Assembly (NCBI RefSeq): GCF_006345805.1 | Contig: NC_042997.1 | Coordinates: 169,446,001-169,510,000 of the forward strand | Direction: 5' to 3' | DNA from: Octopus sinensis | Lineage: Eukaryota | Length of the DNA: 64,000 nt | Part shown: positions 63,250 through 64,000 of the stretch, piece after piece | Layout: each line of letters starts with the position of its first letter | How positions within the stretch are numbered: position 1 is the first letter of the stretch | The notes under the pieces: model-generated | Database searches by the model: none | What the model saw: only the letters and a program-made list of their open reading frames with translations | Told to the model about the DNA's origin: nothing | Made by a program: the position numbers and the translations under genes

Positions 63250-63762
63250 GACTGGCATCTGTGCTAGTAGGGTGCCAAGAGCACCATCTGAGCGTGATCG
63301 TTGCCAGAACGGCTTACTGGCTTCCGTGCCAGTGACACATAAAAGGCACCATTCGAGTGTGATCATTACCAGCATTGTCTTACTGGCACTTGTGCCCATG
63401 CTAGTAGGGTGCCAAGAGCACCATCTGAGTGTGATCGTTGCCAGAGCGGCTAACTGGCTTCTGTGCCAGTGGCACGTAAAAGGCACCATTTGAGCATGTT
63501 CGTTACCAGTGTCACCTTACTGGCACCTGTGCCGATGGCATGAGTAAAAAGATTCGAGCGAGGTCGTTGCCAGTACCGCCTAACTGGCCCCCATGTTGTT
63601 GGCACATAAAAAGGGGTTGGCGTTAGGAAGGGCATCTAGCTGTAGAAACTCTGCCAGATCAAGATTGGAGCCTGGTGCAGCCATCTGGTTCACCAGCCCC
63701 CAGTCAAAATCGTCCAACCATGCTAGCATTGAAAGCGGACGTTAAACGATGATGATGATGAT
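63250..63762 (+). mobile_element. SINE-like family A copy with 5 internal units (SCAP intron 9)
   Basis: Unit starts at 63263, 63328, about 63400, 63465 and 63531; (GAT)n tail. Confidence 0.8.
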
Positions 63763-63863
63763 ATTCTTTTGTTAAACTATTTTCTTAATTATAAGTTGTT
63801 TCTATTGCACAAATCTGATTTTATGAATGTTACGTTTATAGGAACGTTGTCTTTCTTTTGTAG

Positions 63864-63958
63864 GTCTCAGTAAAGAGGGTTGGTCAATTACTAAAAATCT
63901 TACAACAGAATTGCTTATCATTCTTGTGGGGTTCTTCACATTTGTTCCAGCCATTCAA
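63864..63958 (+). CDS. SCAP: SCAP coding exon 10 (SSD, TM5): [31 protein letters not shown]; gene continues past the window
   Basis: cttttgtag| acceptor and CAA|gtaagt donor. Matches [31 protein letters not shown]. Confidence 0.97.
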
Positions 63959-64000
63959 GTAAGTTGTTCTATGTTAAATTAATTGGTGGTGGTAATTTGG

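Noticed and set aside
63263-63600. CRISPR-like array
   Set aside because: Eukaryotic context, with whole units repeated and no unique spacers; internal repeats of a SINE-like family.

Overview
AT-rich, microsatellite- and transposon-dense animal genomic DNA. The SINE, LINE and mariner repertoire looks like an Octopus genome (inference). One protein-coding gene is supported: the first 10 coding exons (425 codons) of SCAP (SREBP cleavage-activating protein) on the + strand, 52011-63958. All ten have GT-AG introns with matching phases, and the gene continues beyond the window. A CpG-retaining region at about 34.9-38.9 kb probably holds its promoter and a non-coding first exon. The rest is mostly TE relics: RTE, CR1 and R4/Dong LINEs; mariner, DD37D, Tigger/pogo, hAT and piggyBac-type DNA elements; and at least four SINE families. 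Nearly all ORFs in the supplied track are microsatellite or TE artefacts. The most notable observation is a 144-bp insertion in a SCAP intron (55925-56068, 11-bp TSD). Its minus strand carries a structurally complete minimal type I hammerhead ribozyme with a G3-C8 swapped core and a palindromic stem III. Three more decayed hammerhead-like motifs from unrelated repeats occur at about 5.0, 33.4 and 35.3 kb. No database search or folding program could be run, so all family assignments rest on motif recognition.
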